A stretch of 50,045 bases of DNA, the filler included, from an uncultured virus (IMG/VR IMGVR_UViG_2061766007_000581) (Duplodnaviria > Heunggongvirae > Uroviricota > Caudoviricetes). It is 2 parts of one record of this genome, joined end to end, with 100 filler letters (N's around TTAATTAATTAA, not from the genome) between each part and the next. Parts side by side here need not be neighbours in the genome. Positions count along the whole stretch, not along the records: positions 21,465 to 50,045 come from IMGVR_UViG_2061766007_000581; 1 more part is not named here. One strand, given 5' to 3'. The notes beneath the pieces are model-generated. The model searched no databases. It was not told where the DNA came from and was given only the letters and a program-made list of their open reading frames with translations. A program made the position numbers and the translations under genes. Shown piece after piece: positions 40,289 to 50,045 of the stretch (position 1 is its first letter; the number at the start of each line of letters is the position of its first letter).

Positions 40289-42022
40289 ATGAATGAGGAT
40301 GAAGCTTGGGACAGATTCGCATCCGTCCGCGACGAGCAGTTCAAGAAAGCTTCTGCACTCGGTACCATCGATGTCCTGCAGGCTCAGCTCAACAGGCTGA
40401 CCGCAGACACTGAGGAGATCAAGCAGAAGATCAACGAGATGTCCGCCGAACAGAGCGAATCATCAGCAGCACCCGCACCGGCACCCGAGGCAGCACCTTC
40501 GGCAGAAGGGGACATGGGAGCCGGAATGGGAACAGAAGAAGGTGACCAGACAATGGATCAGACAGAGATGGGCCCTGAGATGGGCCAGGCAGCACAGCCG
40601 CCCGCACCTGAGGATCAGGCCATGGGCGGAGGCATCCCCGATATGAGCGACGAGGATCTCGACAAGCTCTTCGGCGGATCGGAGGAGAACGCAGAGGAAG
40701 GAAGTTCCGAAACACCCGATGAGACGATGGACCCCACGCTCGCAGCACTGCAGAACGCGGTGGCCGAGGCGAAGGATCCCGAAGTCATCGCCAACCTTGC
40801 CAAGATGATAGTCGATTATATGGGCAAAGGAGAGAGCGAGGGTGAGAAGGAAGTCCTGCCCGGTGTACCCGACGAGACGCCTATCGAGGAAGTTCCCGCA
40901 GGGGAACTGGATGACATCATGAAGTCCGAGACGGCAGTGGCAGACACCACACCCGCAGTCAAGCCTGCACCCAAGGTCGTCGAGTCGGACAATGTCAAGG
41001 CATCCGAGGAGCAGTCCAGCAACAACGGTGTTCCCGACAGCGGCACTGCAGTCTCCGGAGACAATGCATCCAAGGGAGGCTTCACCGAATCCTGTACGGA
41101 GGAAGTGAAGAAGTCCGAGGATGAGGAGAAGCCGGAGGACGAAGAGAAGAAGAAGGACGAAGAGTCCGAGGACGACAAGAAAGAAGATGAGGAGAAGAAG
41201 GACGATGCACCCGAGTCCGAAGATGAGGACAAGGATGCTGTCGAAGAGATCCCTGAGCCCGATGCTGTCGTCACAGAGGTCGAGATCGAAGAGCCTGAGA
41301 TGTCAGGCGAGGAAGAGCAGGTCGCGATCTCCGATCTTCTCGACATGTCATTCGGTGATATCGTCGACATGGTCAAGGACATCGCAGAGAAGCCCGAGGA
41401 TGATGCCAATGTCTTCATCAATGATGAGGGTAAGGAATCCATCCCCTTCGCCAACTGCAACGGCAAGCCGGCACCTATCAAGAGATCCATCGACGATCTC
41501 ATCATGGAGCACAACGGCAACATGGTGGGTGCAGACGGCAAGAAGTACCAGTTCTCCAAATCCGTGAAGAACAGAAAGAGCATCGACAGACTGAACAACG
41601 ACATGCACAGCTATGACAAAGTGAAGGGCATGAAGGCAGGAGAGGTCCTGTCAGCATGCAAGTTCATGAAATCACTGGGCATGCAGGATGTCGAAGTGAA
41701 CAACATGGATGCACTCGATGTCATCGTCAGAGGTCTCGACAGGAAGATCGGGACCGAGAGGACGAATGCATTCATGAAGTCTGCAGGCATGGATCTCGAT
41801 TCGATCTACAAGACGAACGAGATAAAGAAATCTGCACCCGTCGAGGGAGGCAAGCATATCAAGACACTTGCCGAGACCGGCGGACTGGATATCAAGAAGT
41901 CCGGTGAGGCTCCTGATGTCCCCAGGGCAGCTGACGCAGGCAAGGTCTATGTCACCCCTGGAGACGTGAAACAGGGACTCAGGTCCATCGATGATATCAT
42001 AGCAGGGAGAATGAAGGGCTGA
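40289..42022 (+). CDS. Acidic scaffold-like protein
   Basis: 577 aa, very D/E-rich, between protease and capsid gene; TTTTTATA 40253-40260 upstream. Confidence 0.65.
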   Translation: MNEDEAWDRFASVRDEQFKKASALGTIDVLQAQLNRLTADTEEIKQKINEMSAEQSESSAAPAPAPEAAPSAEGDMGAGMGTEEGDQTMDQTEMGPEMGQAAQPPAPEDQAMGGGIPDMSDEDLDKLFGGSEENAEEGSSETPDETMDPTLAALQNAVAEAKDPEVIANLAKMIVDYMGKGESEGEKEVLPGVPDETPIEEVPAGELDDIMKSETAVADTTPAVKPAPKVVESDNVKASEEQSSNNGVPDSGTAVSGDNASKGGFTESCTEEVKKSEDEEKPEDEEKKKDEESEDDKKEDEEKKDDAPESEDEDKDAVEEIPEPDAVVTEVEIEEPEMSGEEEQVAISDLLDMSFGDIVDMVKDIAEKPEDDANVFINDEGKESIPFANCNGKPAPIKRSIDDLIMEHNGNMVGADGKKYQFSKSVKNRKSIDRLNNDMHSYDKVKGMKAGEVLSACKFMKSLGMQDVEVNNMDALDVIVRGLDRKIGTERTNAFMKSAGMDLDSIYKTNEIKKSAPVEGGKHIKTLAETGGLDIKKSGEAPDVPRAADAGKVYVTPGDVKQGLRSIDDIIAGRMKG

Positions 42023-42351
42023 AGCACCCTGGNNNNNNNNNNTGAGATAAAGAAATCTGCACCCGTCGAAGGAGGCAAGCATATAAAGACGCTTGCCGAG
42101 ACCGGCGGAATGGATATCAAGAAGTCCGGCGACGTCCCCGATGTCCCCAGGGCAGCTGACGCAGGCAAGGCCTATGTCACACCCGGAGACATGAAACAGG
42201 GACTCAAGTCCATCGATGATATCATAGCAGGGAGAATGAAGGGCTGAAGCACCCTGGNNNNNNNNNNCCTATGTCACGCCCGGAGACATGAAACAGGGAC
42301 TCAAGTCCATCGACGATATCATAGCAGGGAGAATGAAGGGCTGAAGCACCC

Positions 42352-42381
42352 TGGGGGATTTTCCCCCAAATGCTTTAAAAA
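42352..42381 (+). promoter_or_regulatory. Hairpin plus TATA box upstream of the capsid gene
   Basis: TGGGGGA-TTT-TCCCCCA, then TTTAAAAA 42374-42381; AGGTG RBS before ATG 42422. Confidence 0.5.
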
Positions 42382-42421
42382 CCCACGGATAGTTAAATCA
42401 AACAAGTCAAGGTGTTACAGC

Positions 42422-43238
42422 ATGACCACAGGACAGTTCTACAAAAGCGGTGATNNNNNNNNNNATACGACGCGACGCCTGAAGGATGCTCACAGCTGAT
42501 CAATGACTTCTACGACGGAGGCTACACCATGTTCTATGGCGGAGCATTCGCAAGGTCGGCTGGAGCACCCGGATACGGAGACCCGAACAGCTTCGGAATG
42601 TTCAACCCCAAGTTTGGACTGGACATCACCGCAGCGATGTTCAGCTCGAAGGCGATCTCAGCAGCACTCGGAAAGAGAGCATACGACCATGAGGGTATGA
42701 GGCTCGCACCTGAGTTCGCAACATACGGACAGGGTAAGGACTTCTACTACAAGGGCAACAGGGTCTTCGACTCATCCCTTGATAACACATTCCTCGGTCT
42801 CGGTGCAGGAACCAATCAGGACGGACTCATCCAGGATTCTGTTCAGCTCCCCGTGGATGAGATCCGTGTTCCCTACAAGGAACTCCCCCTCTCATACAAC
42901 TACGGTCTCGGACTGAAGGCACTCGAGGGAAAGGATGACACATCAGCATACAAGCAGTACATCGACATGATCTCGACCAACTACTCGGATCTGATGGACA
43001 AGACNNNNNNNNNNNNNNNNNNNNNNNNNNNNNNNNNNNNATGTATGCAGAACTGGGGCGGAGAGACAGACAACAAGTTCTGGATCATGTCACCCCTGCT
43101 CTGGAACAAGCTCAACATGCTCTGCAAGGCGAACAACATCTACATCGACTCAGTCTACACCTCGCTCTCCATGGGCGGAATCAAGACCGTCGAGGGAAGA
43201 GATGTCGGAATGCTCCTCAAGTCATACAACAACATTCC
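42422..43238 (+). CDS. Major capsid protein, N-terminal/central part (gapped)
   Basis: Position after protease and scaffold; strong codon bias; overlaps in sequence with 46871-47726. Confidence 0.7.
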
Positions 43239-43248
43239 NNNNNNNNNN

Positions 43249-43630
43249 TGTATTCATGGGTGTCCTCATCCGCTACCCAGACGGTCTTCTTCCATTTGAA
43301 TTCCATGATCTCTTTGTCAGAGATACGAGGCATCCTGAATCTGTCCTCGATCCCGGATGTCCAGCACATGTCATACATCGATCTGTATGTCACAGGCTCA
43401 TCATCGATTTCGAGTGAATCGGATCTCTCTTTCAGTTCCTCTTCAGAGTAATCCCCGATATGTGCCAGCCTGCATCCATCGGGCATCGTCATCAGATGTC
43501 CTATGACTGCATTGCGGAATGTCTGACCTACCCATGATTGTTCCGTCAGTTTCAGTCCCGACCAGTTGTAGTCGATCGGATACATGTACTTCCTTTCATC
43601 TACGAACAATGTCTCGTAGTATTGTCCCAT
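43249..43630 (-). CDS. Conserved phage hypothetical protein (MGQYY...GLKL.E type), 3' end in gap
   Basis: MGQYY, GLKLTEQSWVG and GDYS motifs. Confidence 0.55.
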
Positions 43631-44015
43631 GTTCATTCCTCCATTTCATACTCATCTACGATGATATGTTGTTGTTTGTATGATCTCCCACCTCTGATAC
43701 CGCCTTTACCACCACTGATACGTGATGTTGAGAATGAACGGAAGTGTAAGATGTATCCTTTTTCATTTTCTTCTATCTTGACTTTACCAGATACAGGATA
43801 TACTTTACTGTCTTCGTCTCCATTTTTTCNNNNNNNNNNNNNNNNNNNNNNNNNNNNNNNNNNNNNNNNNNNNNNNNNTATTCTTTGTCACCGCTTTTTA
43901 TTATTACCAATTCATATTCGAATTCACATCCGCAGGATTCACATCTATAGATAGTTTCATAACAATCACCGAGGAACTCTTCGATGTTGTCGCCATCACA
44001 CTCCGGGCACCTCAT

Positions 44016-44249
44016 TCATCTCACCTCATATGTCGTATCATTCATCAGACCTGTTGGTGTGCTGTCATCGGCAAAGCCGAAGCAGGACATCCTCCATTCC
44101 GTGTGGACAGTGAAGTCCTCACCGCAGTCCCCGCAATGCCACCNNNNNNNNNNNNNNNNNNNNNTCATGTCTCCGTCCTGGTATTCACTGCTGTCACAGA
44201 ACATGTACTCAGACCCGCAGTGCGGGCAGAACGGCCTTCTCTCCATCAC
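44016..44249 (-). CDS. Small Zn-ribbon protein
   Basis: CPHCGS...CGDCG. Confidence 0.5.
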   Translation of the reverse strand: MMERRPFCPHCGSEYMFCDSSEYQDGDMXXXXXXXXWHCGDCGEDFTVHTEWRMSCFGFADDSTPTGLMNDTTYEVR

Positions 44250-44609
44250 TCATTCCTCCTTGATCTTAACACCGTTGAGTATCGCTGCATCATAGAAGTA
44301 ATCCATGAGGAATGATTCCACATCTTTCGCAAGATCCTCATGCAATACATTTAATAGATCATTCGCAGAGTAATCGTTGAGAAGATCATGCAACCTCATT
44401 GCGATGAGATCCCTTATTTGTTTCTTAGTCATAGTATACGGAAAGTCCTTGAAGAGACCTTTTCTTTTGAAACCATGACAGACACCGTCAACTCTGATCG
44501 GCATGTCCTCATCATCTGTCTCGAACTCATACCATACTCTGGAACACCCATCACTAAGATATTTTCCATTGTAATGATTCTTACAGTATTCACACTCTTC
44601 GTATAACAT
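44250..44609 (-). CDS. Hypothetical protein
   Basis: 119-aa ORF, GGTGAG RBS, coupled to neighbours. Confidence 0.55.
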   Translation of the reverse strand: MLYEECEYCKNHYNGKYLSDGCSRVWYEFETDDEDMPIRVDGVCHGFKRKGLFKDFPYTMTKKQIRDLIAMRLHDLLNDYSANDLLNVLHEDLAKDVESFLMDYFYDAAILNGVKIKEE

Positions 44610-44901
44610 TCACTCACCATTCAGATAACTGTTGATGTATTCCTGATNNNNNNNNNNNNNNNNNTGGGACATCATCATGATACTCAGATCTTGATATGAA
44701 TCCCTGAGCTTCCTCATCGGTGATCGCGATCCAAAATGCAGGGGTGATCTCCTCATCACCGTCACCAGGTATCATATAAGGACAACCCTGAAGTCCGCTC
44801 TCATCCACACCGGGTATGAACCACAAACAAGGCGTGTCNNNNNNNNNNNNNNNNNNNNNNNNNNNCTTCATTACAATTATTACACATATGCCAACACATA
44901 T

Positions 44902-45237
44902 TCATTCCTCTCTCAGTTTTTTCAGTCCTTCTTCAATTTCTTTACAGAGTTCTATGATAACATCATCAAGATATTGTTCCTTGGTTATATCCACAGTTGC
45001 CGAATCTATTTCGTCACCATCGATACTGGCTCTTATGTTCGCATCAGAGCCAGAGAGCCAGATGTTGATATCCCATGTGTGTTCCTCTTTGCTATCCCAT
45101 CCGCTGTACTCGATGTAATCGCCATCTTCATCTCCTTCTTTATAGAAGAGACCAGGTCTATCCTCGATCTTTATTTCTTCCGGTATATAGAAACCAAGTA
45201 CTGTTGTCAATGTTTCTCTTATCAGATTCATATTCAT
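44902..45237 (-). CDS. Acidic hypothetical protein
   Basis: GGAGG RBS, ATGA coupling. Confidence 0.55.
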   Translation of the reverse strand: MNMNLIRETLTTVLGFYIPEEIKIEDRPGLFYKEGDEDGDYIEYSGWDSKEEHTWDINIWLSGSDANIRASIDGDEIDSATVDITKEQYLDDVIIELCKEIEEGLKKLREE

Positions 45238-45611
45238 TCCTCCTTCAGTTCCCAAAGTTCACCGACATACAGATTGGACATTACCTTGTATTGTAATTCC
45301 GGTCTGTGCAGATATTCTTCTGCAATCTTCTCAGCTTCTTTTTTAGAACTTGCTTCAATGGTGATCACCGGTGATGTCAACTCTACGTAGANNNNNNNNN
45401 NNNNNNNNTCCAGTTCATCACAGAGATCATCGAATGTTCTGTAATGTCTAAATGAGAAATTCTCAGGATAATCCTGGTTGTACTCAAGTATCTTCTTCAG
45501 ATCTTCGAATGCTTTTCTATCCATCTCTCCGAAATCCGTATCGTTGAGTTCATCCCATTCTTTATCCATCTCTGTCTCAAGATGTGTTACCAACAGTGCG
45601 TAGTATTTCAT
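45234..45611 (-). CDS. Hypothetical protein(s), gapped
   Basis: ORF track; ATGA coupling. Confidence 0.45.
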   Translation of the reverse strand: MKYYALLVTHLETEMDKEWDELNDTDFGEMDRKAFEDLKKILEYNQDYPENFSFRHYRTFDDLCDELXXXXXXXYVELTSPVITIEASSKKEAEKIAEEYLHRPELQYKVMSNLYVGELWELKEE

Positions 45612-45945
45612 GCTCTCACCTTCTTATCATAGACTTCTTGCTGTCTCTTTCTCCATTCATTAGCGAACTCACTCTTCGTCGGTGTCAGAAGTTTGAAGTA
45701 ACTCTTCGGATAGTTGTAAAAGAACGGACCATAGGATTCATCCATCCATTTGTATCCGAACTCATGTGTCCTCGGATTCCAATGATATTTGNNNNNNNNN
45801 NNNNNNNTTTGATGGCTGCGACCCACCATGTGTATCCACGACAACAGGATTTCAAGACTTCATATCTGTCACCCATTCCTTTCTTCATGATCTCATCGAT
45901 GTCCTTTCTCGATGATACATATGTATGCCAGCACAGCCAACCCAT
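45608..45945 (-). CDS. DUF6927-like protein (gapped)
   Basis: MGW... and FGYKWMDESYGP..Y..P...LLTPT..A..WR motif. Confidence 0.5.
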
Positions 45946-45954
45946 GTTCTCACC

Positions 45955-46518
45955 TCAGCACTTGGCCTTGATTCCAGAAAGGTTCCTTGCTTCGATAACT
46001 TCGCCGTCCCTGACGGCAAAGTATCTCATCTTACCATGGTTCTCAGGAATGTTCCAGGCCCTGTAGATTTCATAACCTTTGTAATTACTGTGGAACTTAC
46101 AGTAGTCTCCGCTTATCGCTTTGTATCCATCCATCTCTTCCATCTCTTCATCATCGTCATCATCATAGTCAACATGCTTTCCGTCGTGAAGGAACGCCAG
46201 AAGATATGTATTGATCAGTATCTCAACCGTAGTATCTCCAGGCCAGATATCATCGGTGAAATCATTGAGTCTGAACATCTCTCTGATGTAATCGACTGTG
46301 ATCTCCTTCTTCATCTTGTCATAAGGAACATGCCAGCCATCAGAGAACTCTCTGATCCTTGCTCTTACGAATGCACAGATAACGAACGAAGCATACTTCA
46401 TCGGCCACAGCAGACCGTAGCGGTCTGCGAAGTATTGTCCGTTATTGTTCTCTGCTATATCCGCTATCTTGTTAGCTTCCTTTCTGCTCACCTTTGTCAT
46501 TATGAGATCTGTTGTCAT
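45955..46518 (-). CDS. Hypothetical protein
   Basis: About 187-aa ORF, GGAGTGA RBS. Confidence 0.6.
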   Translation of the reverse strand: MTTDLIMTKVSRKEANKIADIAENNNGQYFADRYGLLWPMKYASFVICAFVRARIREFSDGWHVPYDKMKKEITVDYIREMFRLNDFTDDIWPGDTTVEILINTYLLAFLHDGKHVDYDDDDDEEMEEMDGYKAISGDYCKFHSNYKGYEIYRAWNIPENHGKMRYFAVRDGEVIEARNLSGIKAKC

Positions 46519-46522
46519 CGTA

Positions 46523-46762
46523 TCACTCCTGTTTCCTGTATGATACTGCACCAGGTGTCTCCTTGATCTTTCTCTTCAGAGCATCGATATCATCGTCGCG
46601 GATGAAGAAACAGTACTTGTTGACAGCACCGTACTTTCCGTTCTTCTGATCTCTGAGCTCATAGATCTTCCAGGCATCCAGATAAGTATGAAGATACTTA
46701 CCATAGTGTCCTGCTACGATCTCTTCCCATTTTCCGTTACTCATAAGCTGTTCTCCAGTCAT
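46523..46762 (-). CDS. Hypothetical protein
   Basis: First gene of the minus-strand block; start uncertain. Confidence 0.5.
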   Translation of the reverse strand: MTGEQLMSNGKWEEIVAGHYGKYLHTYLDAWKIYELRDQKNGKYGAVNKYCFFIRDDDIDALKRKIKETPGAVSYRKQE

Positions 46763-46870
46763 TGTATCACTGTCCTTTTCAATATCTTTACAACACATTG
46801 TTTGATGTATTCATAGTAACATGTTTCGAACATCTCGTAAAGCATTTCAAATTCACCCTCNNNNNNNNNN

Positions 46871-47726
46871 GCTCGAGGGCAAGGATGACACATCAGCATA
46901 CAAACAGTACATCGACATGATCTCGACCAACTATTCGGATCTGATGGACAAGACCCTCATGAGGCCTCTGACAGTCGCACAGCCTACACTCAACAGCAGG
47001 GAGACATCACTCAACGGTCTCGCAAGGATCTTTTCATCCTCACAGGAGTTCGGAGAATCATACGGCGGAGTATCAGTCACCGCGAATATGATCCTCCCCT
47101 GGGGTACGACTTGGGATGACACCGGAAGCTTCTCATCCTCCGGTCTCGCAGGCAGAAGGATAGCAGCGGACGCAGCAGCAAAGCCTGACCACAGGTCCAA
47201 CTACGATGCACAGGTCGTCGACCTCAAAGGCGGAATTCCCAGCCTCGGAAACTTTGACCTCCTGTACACTCAGTGTATGCAGAACTGGGGCGGAGAGACA
47301 GACAACAAGTTCTGGATCATGTCACCCCTGCTCTGGAACAAACTCAACATGCTCTGCAAGGCGAACAACATCTACATCGACTCCGTGTACACATCACTCT
47401 CCATGGGCGGAATCAAGACCGTTGAGGGAAGAGATGTCGGAATGCTCCTTAAGTCATACAACAACATTCCGATCGTCATGTCAGGAAACGCATCCTTCGA
47501 CTACACCTCGAAGACCATCTCCTCAGTCAAGTACGGAGACGGATTCCTGATCGACGGAAACCACGCATGGCTTTGCGTCACCTCGCCTGTCGAGGTATGG
47601 AGCATCGAGAACCCCGCGATCATGAGGGATCTCAAAGAGCACCACGTCATGAACATGCGTGCTGAGGTAAGGGCTGATAAGTTCATCACCTCTGGACGTA
47701 TGACCAACATCGCAGACGCGGAGTGA
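46871..47726 (+). CDS. Major capsid protein, C-terminal two-thirds (HK97-fold inferred)
   Basis: SLNGLARI, WIMSP, SYNNIPIV, FLID and EVRA.KF...G.M.NI patterns; shares sequence with 42921-43238. Confidence 0.72.
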
Positions 47727-47740
47727 TAACAGAAAAACCT

Positions 47741-47767
47741 AGGGGGGAAACCCCCTTCTTATTTCTG
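47741..47767 (+). terminator. Hairpin after the capsid gene
   Basis: AGGGGG-GAAA-CCCCCT followed by TCTTATTTCT. Confidence 0.45.
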
Positions 47768-47778
47768 AGGTGAAAAGC

Positions 47779-48381
47779 ATGCCCGATCCCGTACCCCCGA
47801 AGTTCACAGCATTCGCAATCACTGTTGGCGGAACCAGTTACGCCGGAACCATCGGAACCACAGCATCCGAAGGGAAATATCCTATCGCTGTCACCGTTCC
47901 TCACGGCACGACTGTCACATCATTGGTTGCGACCTTCACTGTAGACAAGGGCGATTCAACAGCAGCTGTTGTTAAAGTCAGTACCACCTCACAGACATCC
48001 GGTACGACTACCAACAACTTCACATCGCCTGTAACATACAGTGTCCAGGACTCTACGACCGCAACGACAAAGACTGATTATCTGGTCACTGTCACGGTCG
48101 CAGCAGGAGCAAACAAAGCAGTTGCAGAAGAGATCATCATGGCCGGTTGGTTCCCCGTGAAGAGGATCGCTCTCAAAGAGTTCTCCTACCAGAGCGGTGG
48201 ATTCACTACCCCCTACAATGTCATCGCAGTGCTCGCAGTCAATGCACCCAAATACACCGGATACGTCTACAAGGACACCTCTGGTACAAAGCCTGTTCAG
48301 AAGATCAAACTCTTCAATGGAGCAGACGAGGCAAGCGGCGAGCTCGACGGCATCGATGTCTTCGTGCTGACACAGCTTTGA
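47779..48381 (+). CDS. Ig-like-domain (DUF5018-type) capsid decoration/surface protein
   Basis: VTVPHGTTVTSLVATFT...NFTSPVTYSV...YLVTVTV; GAGGTGA RBS; directly after the MCP. Confidence 0.65.
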   Translation: MPDPVPPKFTAFAITVGGTSYAGTIGTTASEGKYPIAVTVPHGTTVTSLVATFTVDKGDSTAAVVKVSTTSQTSGTTTNNFTSPVTYSVQDSTTATTKTDYLVTVTVAAGANKAVAEEIIMAGWFPVKRIALKEFSYQSGGFTTPYNVIAVLAVNAPKYTGYVYKDTSGTKPVQKIKLFNGADEASGELDGIDVFVLTQL

Positions 48382-48387
48382 ATAAAC

Positions 48388-48419
48388 AGGGAGTATAACT
48401 CCCTTCTTCTTTTAATTTT
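48388..48419 (+). terminator. Hairpin plus T-tract terminator
   Basis: AGGGAGT-ATA-ACTCCCT followed by TCTTCTTTTAATTTT. Confidence 0.5.
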
Positions 48420-48570
48420 CAATGGATCCGTCGGAGGTGGATGGGCCTNNNNNNNNNNTCTGATCGATTTACATAGATCCGCATAGGATCTGGCATACAT
48501 CTCTTCATCCGTGGCGATGACTCCACCTTTATAGTATATGTCACAGAGGACATCATAGTTATAATAATAT

Positions 48571-49014
48571 TCATTCATCCTTCTTCACCTTCTTCTTTAC
48601 AGGTTCCGTGATCGCACGCTCCCATGTCCATCCTCTTTCTACACGGTGGAGGATGACATCGGGGCCGATACCGTATTGCTTGGCCCACTGTTCGAGCGTC
48701 TGCGTCTTGGATTTTATTGTGATATATTTGTTCGTTTTTCTGTTGTATGATTGTTGTTTTTTTGTTATCCAACGTACGTTGTTCGGCTGGTAACCACGGT
48801 TGTTGCATATCCTGTCGAGTGTCAGACCTGGTTTGTATCCGTGGTTGATGGCCCAAGCTTCGAACTCCAGGAACCCTGTCATGTTCCATTCGTTTGGCAT
48901 AGCTGTTCCTCTCCACTTCTCGCATACCTTGATACCTCGACCCCCATACTTCGGATAGTCCTTCCTCTTCGGGTCATGGCAGCGACGAACGGCACCGTGC
49001 CATATCTCGTAAAG
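48571..49014 (-). CDS. Phage HNH-like homing endonuclease (YGGRGI type), 5' end in gap
   Basis: IW....RC...YGGRGIKVC..W...F...TLDRI.N..GY.P.N.RW, then a C-terminal HTH-like segment. Confidence 0.75.
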   Translation of the reverse strand, partial: LYEIWHGAVRRCHDPKRKDYPKYGGRGIKVCEKWRGTAMPNEWNMTGFLEFEAWAINHGYKPGLTLDRICNNRGYQPNNVRWITKKQQSYNRKTNKYITIKSKTQTLEQWAKQYGIGPDVILHRVERGWTWERAITEPVKKKVKKDE

Positions 49015-49552
49015 NNNNNNNNNNAGACATACTGTGACCTTCGGGCTTTTAGTACGCTCGACACACATACCGGGTAGCAAAGGCCTATGACATATAGCAC
49101 AGCGTCTCATTCTTTCACCTTCTTCTTCACAGGCTCCGTGATCGCACGCTCCCACGTCCATCCTCTCTCTACACGGTGGAGAATGACATCCGGACCGATA
49201 CCGTATTGCTTGGCCCACTGTTCGAGCGTCTGCGTCTTGGATTTNNNNNNNNNNTGGTCATTACTTTCTTCTTTTGACTGTCCTTCTCTTCCGCCTGAAG
49301 TTCTGTCCTTTCTTGATCCGTTATCTCTTCCGGCATCATTCCACCTCTTTCTCGCAAGATCCTTATCAGGATCATAGTACATCCTTCCGTCTTCCGTGAA
49401 GCGTACACCCATACAGTTAAGACATACCGTGACTTTTGGACTCTTCGTACGCTCGACACACATACCGGGAAGCAGAGGCCTATGACATATAGCACAGCGT
49501 CTCATTCTTTCACCTTCTTCTTTACAGGCTCCGTGATCGCANNNNNNNNNNT

Positions 49553-49765
49553 TCATTTACTCATATCCCTTCTCATATCTTCCCAGATCCTAAGACCTTG
49601 ACCGTAAGGATCATCACCCGCTATGTATCTTGATACCCATCCTTTACACTCAGGACACCATACCATCCATACCTCCTTACCATCAGGCATCCTGTAATCC
49701 ATGATGATCTCAGGTATACCGTTACAATCCCAGGTGGGACAGGTCATGATCTCTTCAACGGTCAT
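49553..49765 (-). CDS. Small Zn-ribbon protein
   Basis: CPTWDC...CPEC. Confidence 0.5.
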   Translation of the reverse strand: MTVEEIMTCPTWDCNGIPEIIMDYRMPDGKEVWMVWCPECKGWVSRYIAGDDPYGQGLRIWEDMRRDMSK

Positions 49766-50009
49766 TACCTTCTTCTTTTGACTGTCCTTCTCTTCTGCCT
49801 GAAGTTCTGTCCTTTCCTGATCCGTTATCTCTTCCGGCATCATCCCACCTCTTTCTCGCAAGATCCTTGTCAGGATCGTAGTACATCCTTCCGTCTTCCG
49901 TGAAGCGCACGCCCATACAGTCCAAACATACTGTGACCTTCGGGCTCTTCGTACGCTCGACACACATACCGGGAAGCAGAGGTCTATGACATATGGCACA
50001 GCGTCTCAT
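49755..50009 (-). CDS. Small Zn-finger protein
   Basis: CAIC...CLDC; repeated in variants at 49025-49110 and 49255-49505. Confidence 0.55.
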   Translation of the reverse strand: MRRCAICHRPLLPGMCVERTKSPKVTVCLDCMGVRFTEDGRMYYDPDKDLARKRWDDAGRDNGSGKDRTSGRREGQSKEEGNDR

Positions 50010-50045
50010 TCTTTCACCTTCTTCTTTACAGGCTCCGTGATCGCA

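Larger units (their letters stand above)
1..50045. mobile_element. Tailed dsDNA virus (Caudoviricetes) genome scaffold, probably archaeal host; multi-haplotype assembly
   Basis: PBSX-type terminase, portal, prohead protease, capsid-like and tail-fibre-like genes; dense small-ORF arrays; no cellular housekeeping genes; TATA-box/leaderless starts. Confidence 0.92.

Noticed and set aside
41820..42354. Triple direct repeat of the scaffold 3' end (possible DGR TR/VR or tandem repeat)
   Set aside because: Copies are separated by N gaps, differences are not adenine-specific, and no reverse transcriptase is present
43239..46870. Capsid gene apparently interrupted by a 3.6-kb inverted insertion (intron or mobile element)
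   Set aside because: Both boundaries are N gaps and the two capsid pieces overlap in sequence, so this is a scaffolding artefact
1..50045. tRNA, rRNA, CRISPR array, integrase or DNA polymerase
   Set aside because: None recognisable by eye; tRNAscan-SE, Infernal and HMM searches would be needed to exclude them formally

Overview
A 50-kb, N-gap-riddled scaffold of a tailed dsDNA virus (Caudoviricetes). It appears to be stitched from contigs of several closely related haplotypes, because many genes recur as near-identical variants on either side of short N runs. TATA-box/leaderless gene starts, GGTGA-type RBSs and near-absence of TAG stops point to an archaeal host, possibly a Methanomassiliicoccales-type methanogen (inference). 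Order: tail/baseplate and tail-fibre genes (1-7.9 kb); a self-contained 7-gene operon (7.9-14.0 kb); a hypervariable array of small translationally coupled ORFs including Zn-fingers, Lar-like proteins and DUF2829/Tad2-like proteins (14-28 kb); a membrane protein and a 1495-aa protein with an N-terminal ferritin-like motif; the head module (TerS candidate, PBSX-type TerL, portal, gp10-like, ChaB-protease, acidic scaffold, major capsid protein, Ig-like protein); and minus-strand blocks of small genes with an HNH-like endonuclease. The standout is the 7.9-14.0 kb operon. It encodes two paralogous proteins ending in a 44-45-residue pure Ser/Cys tract plus an identical FFIAFMNLG tail, followed by four paralogous radical SAM enzymes. 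This is a candidate virus-encoded RiPP-like or virion-protein modification system.
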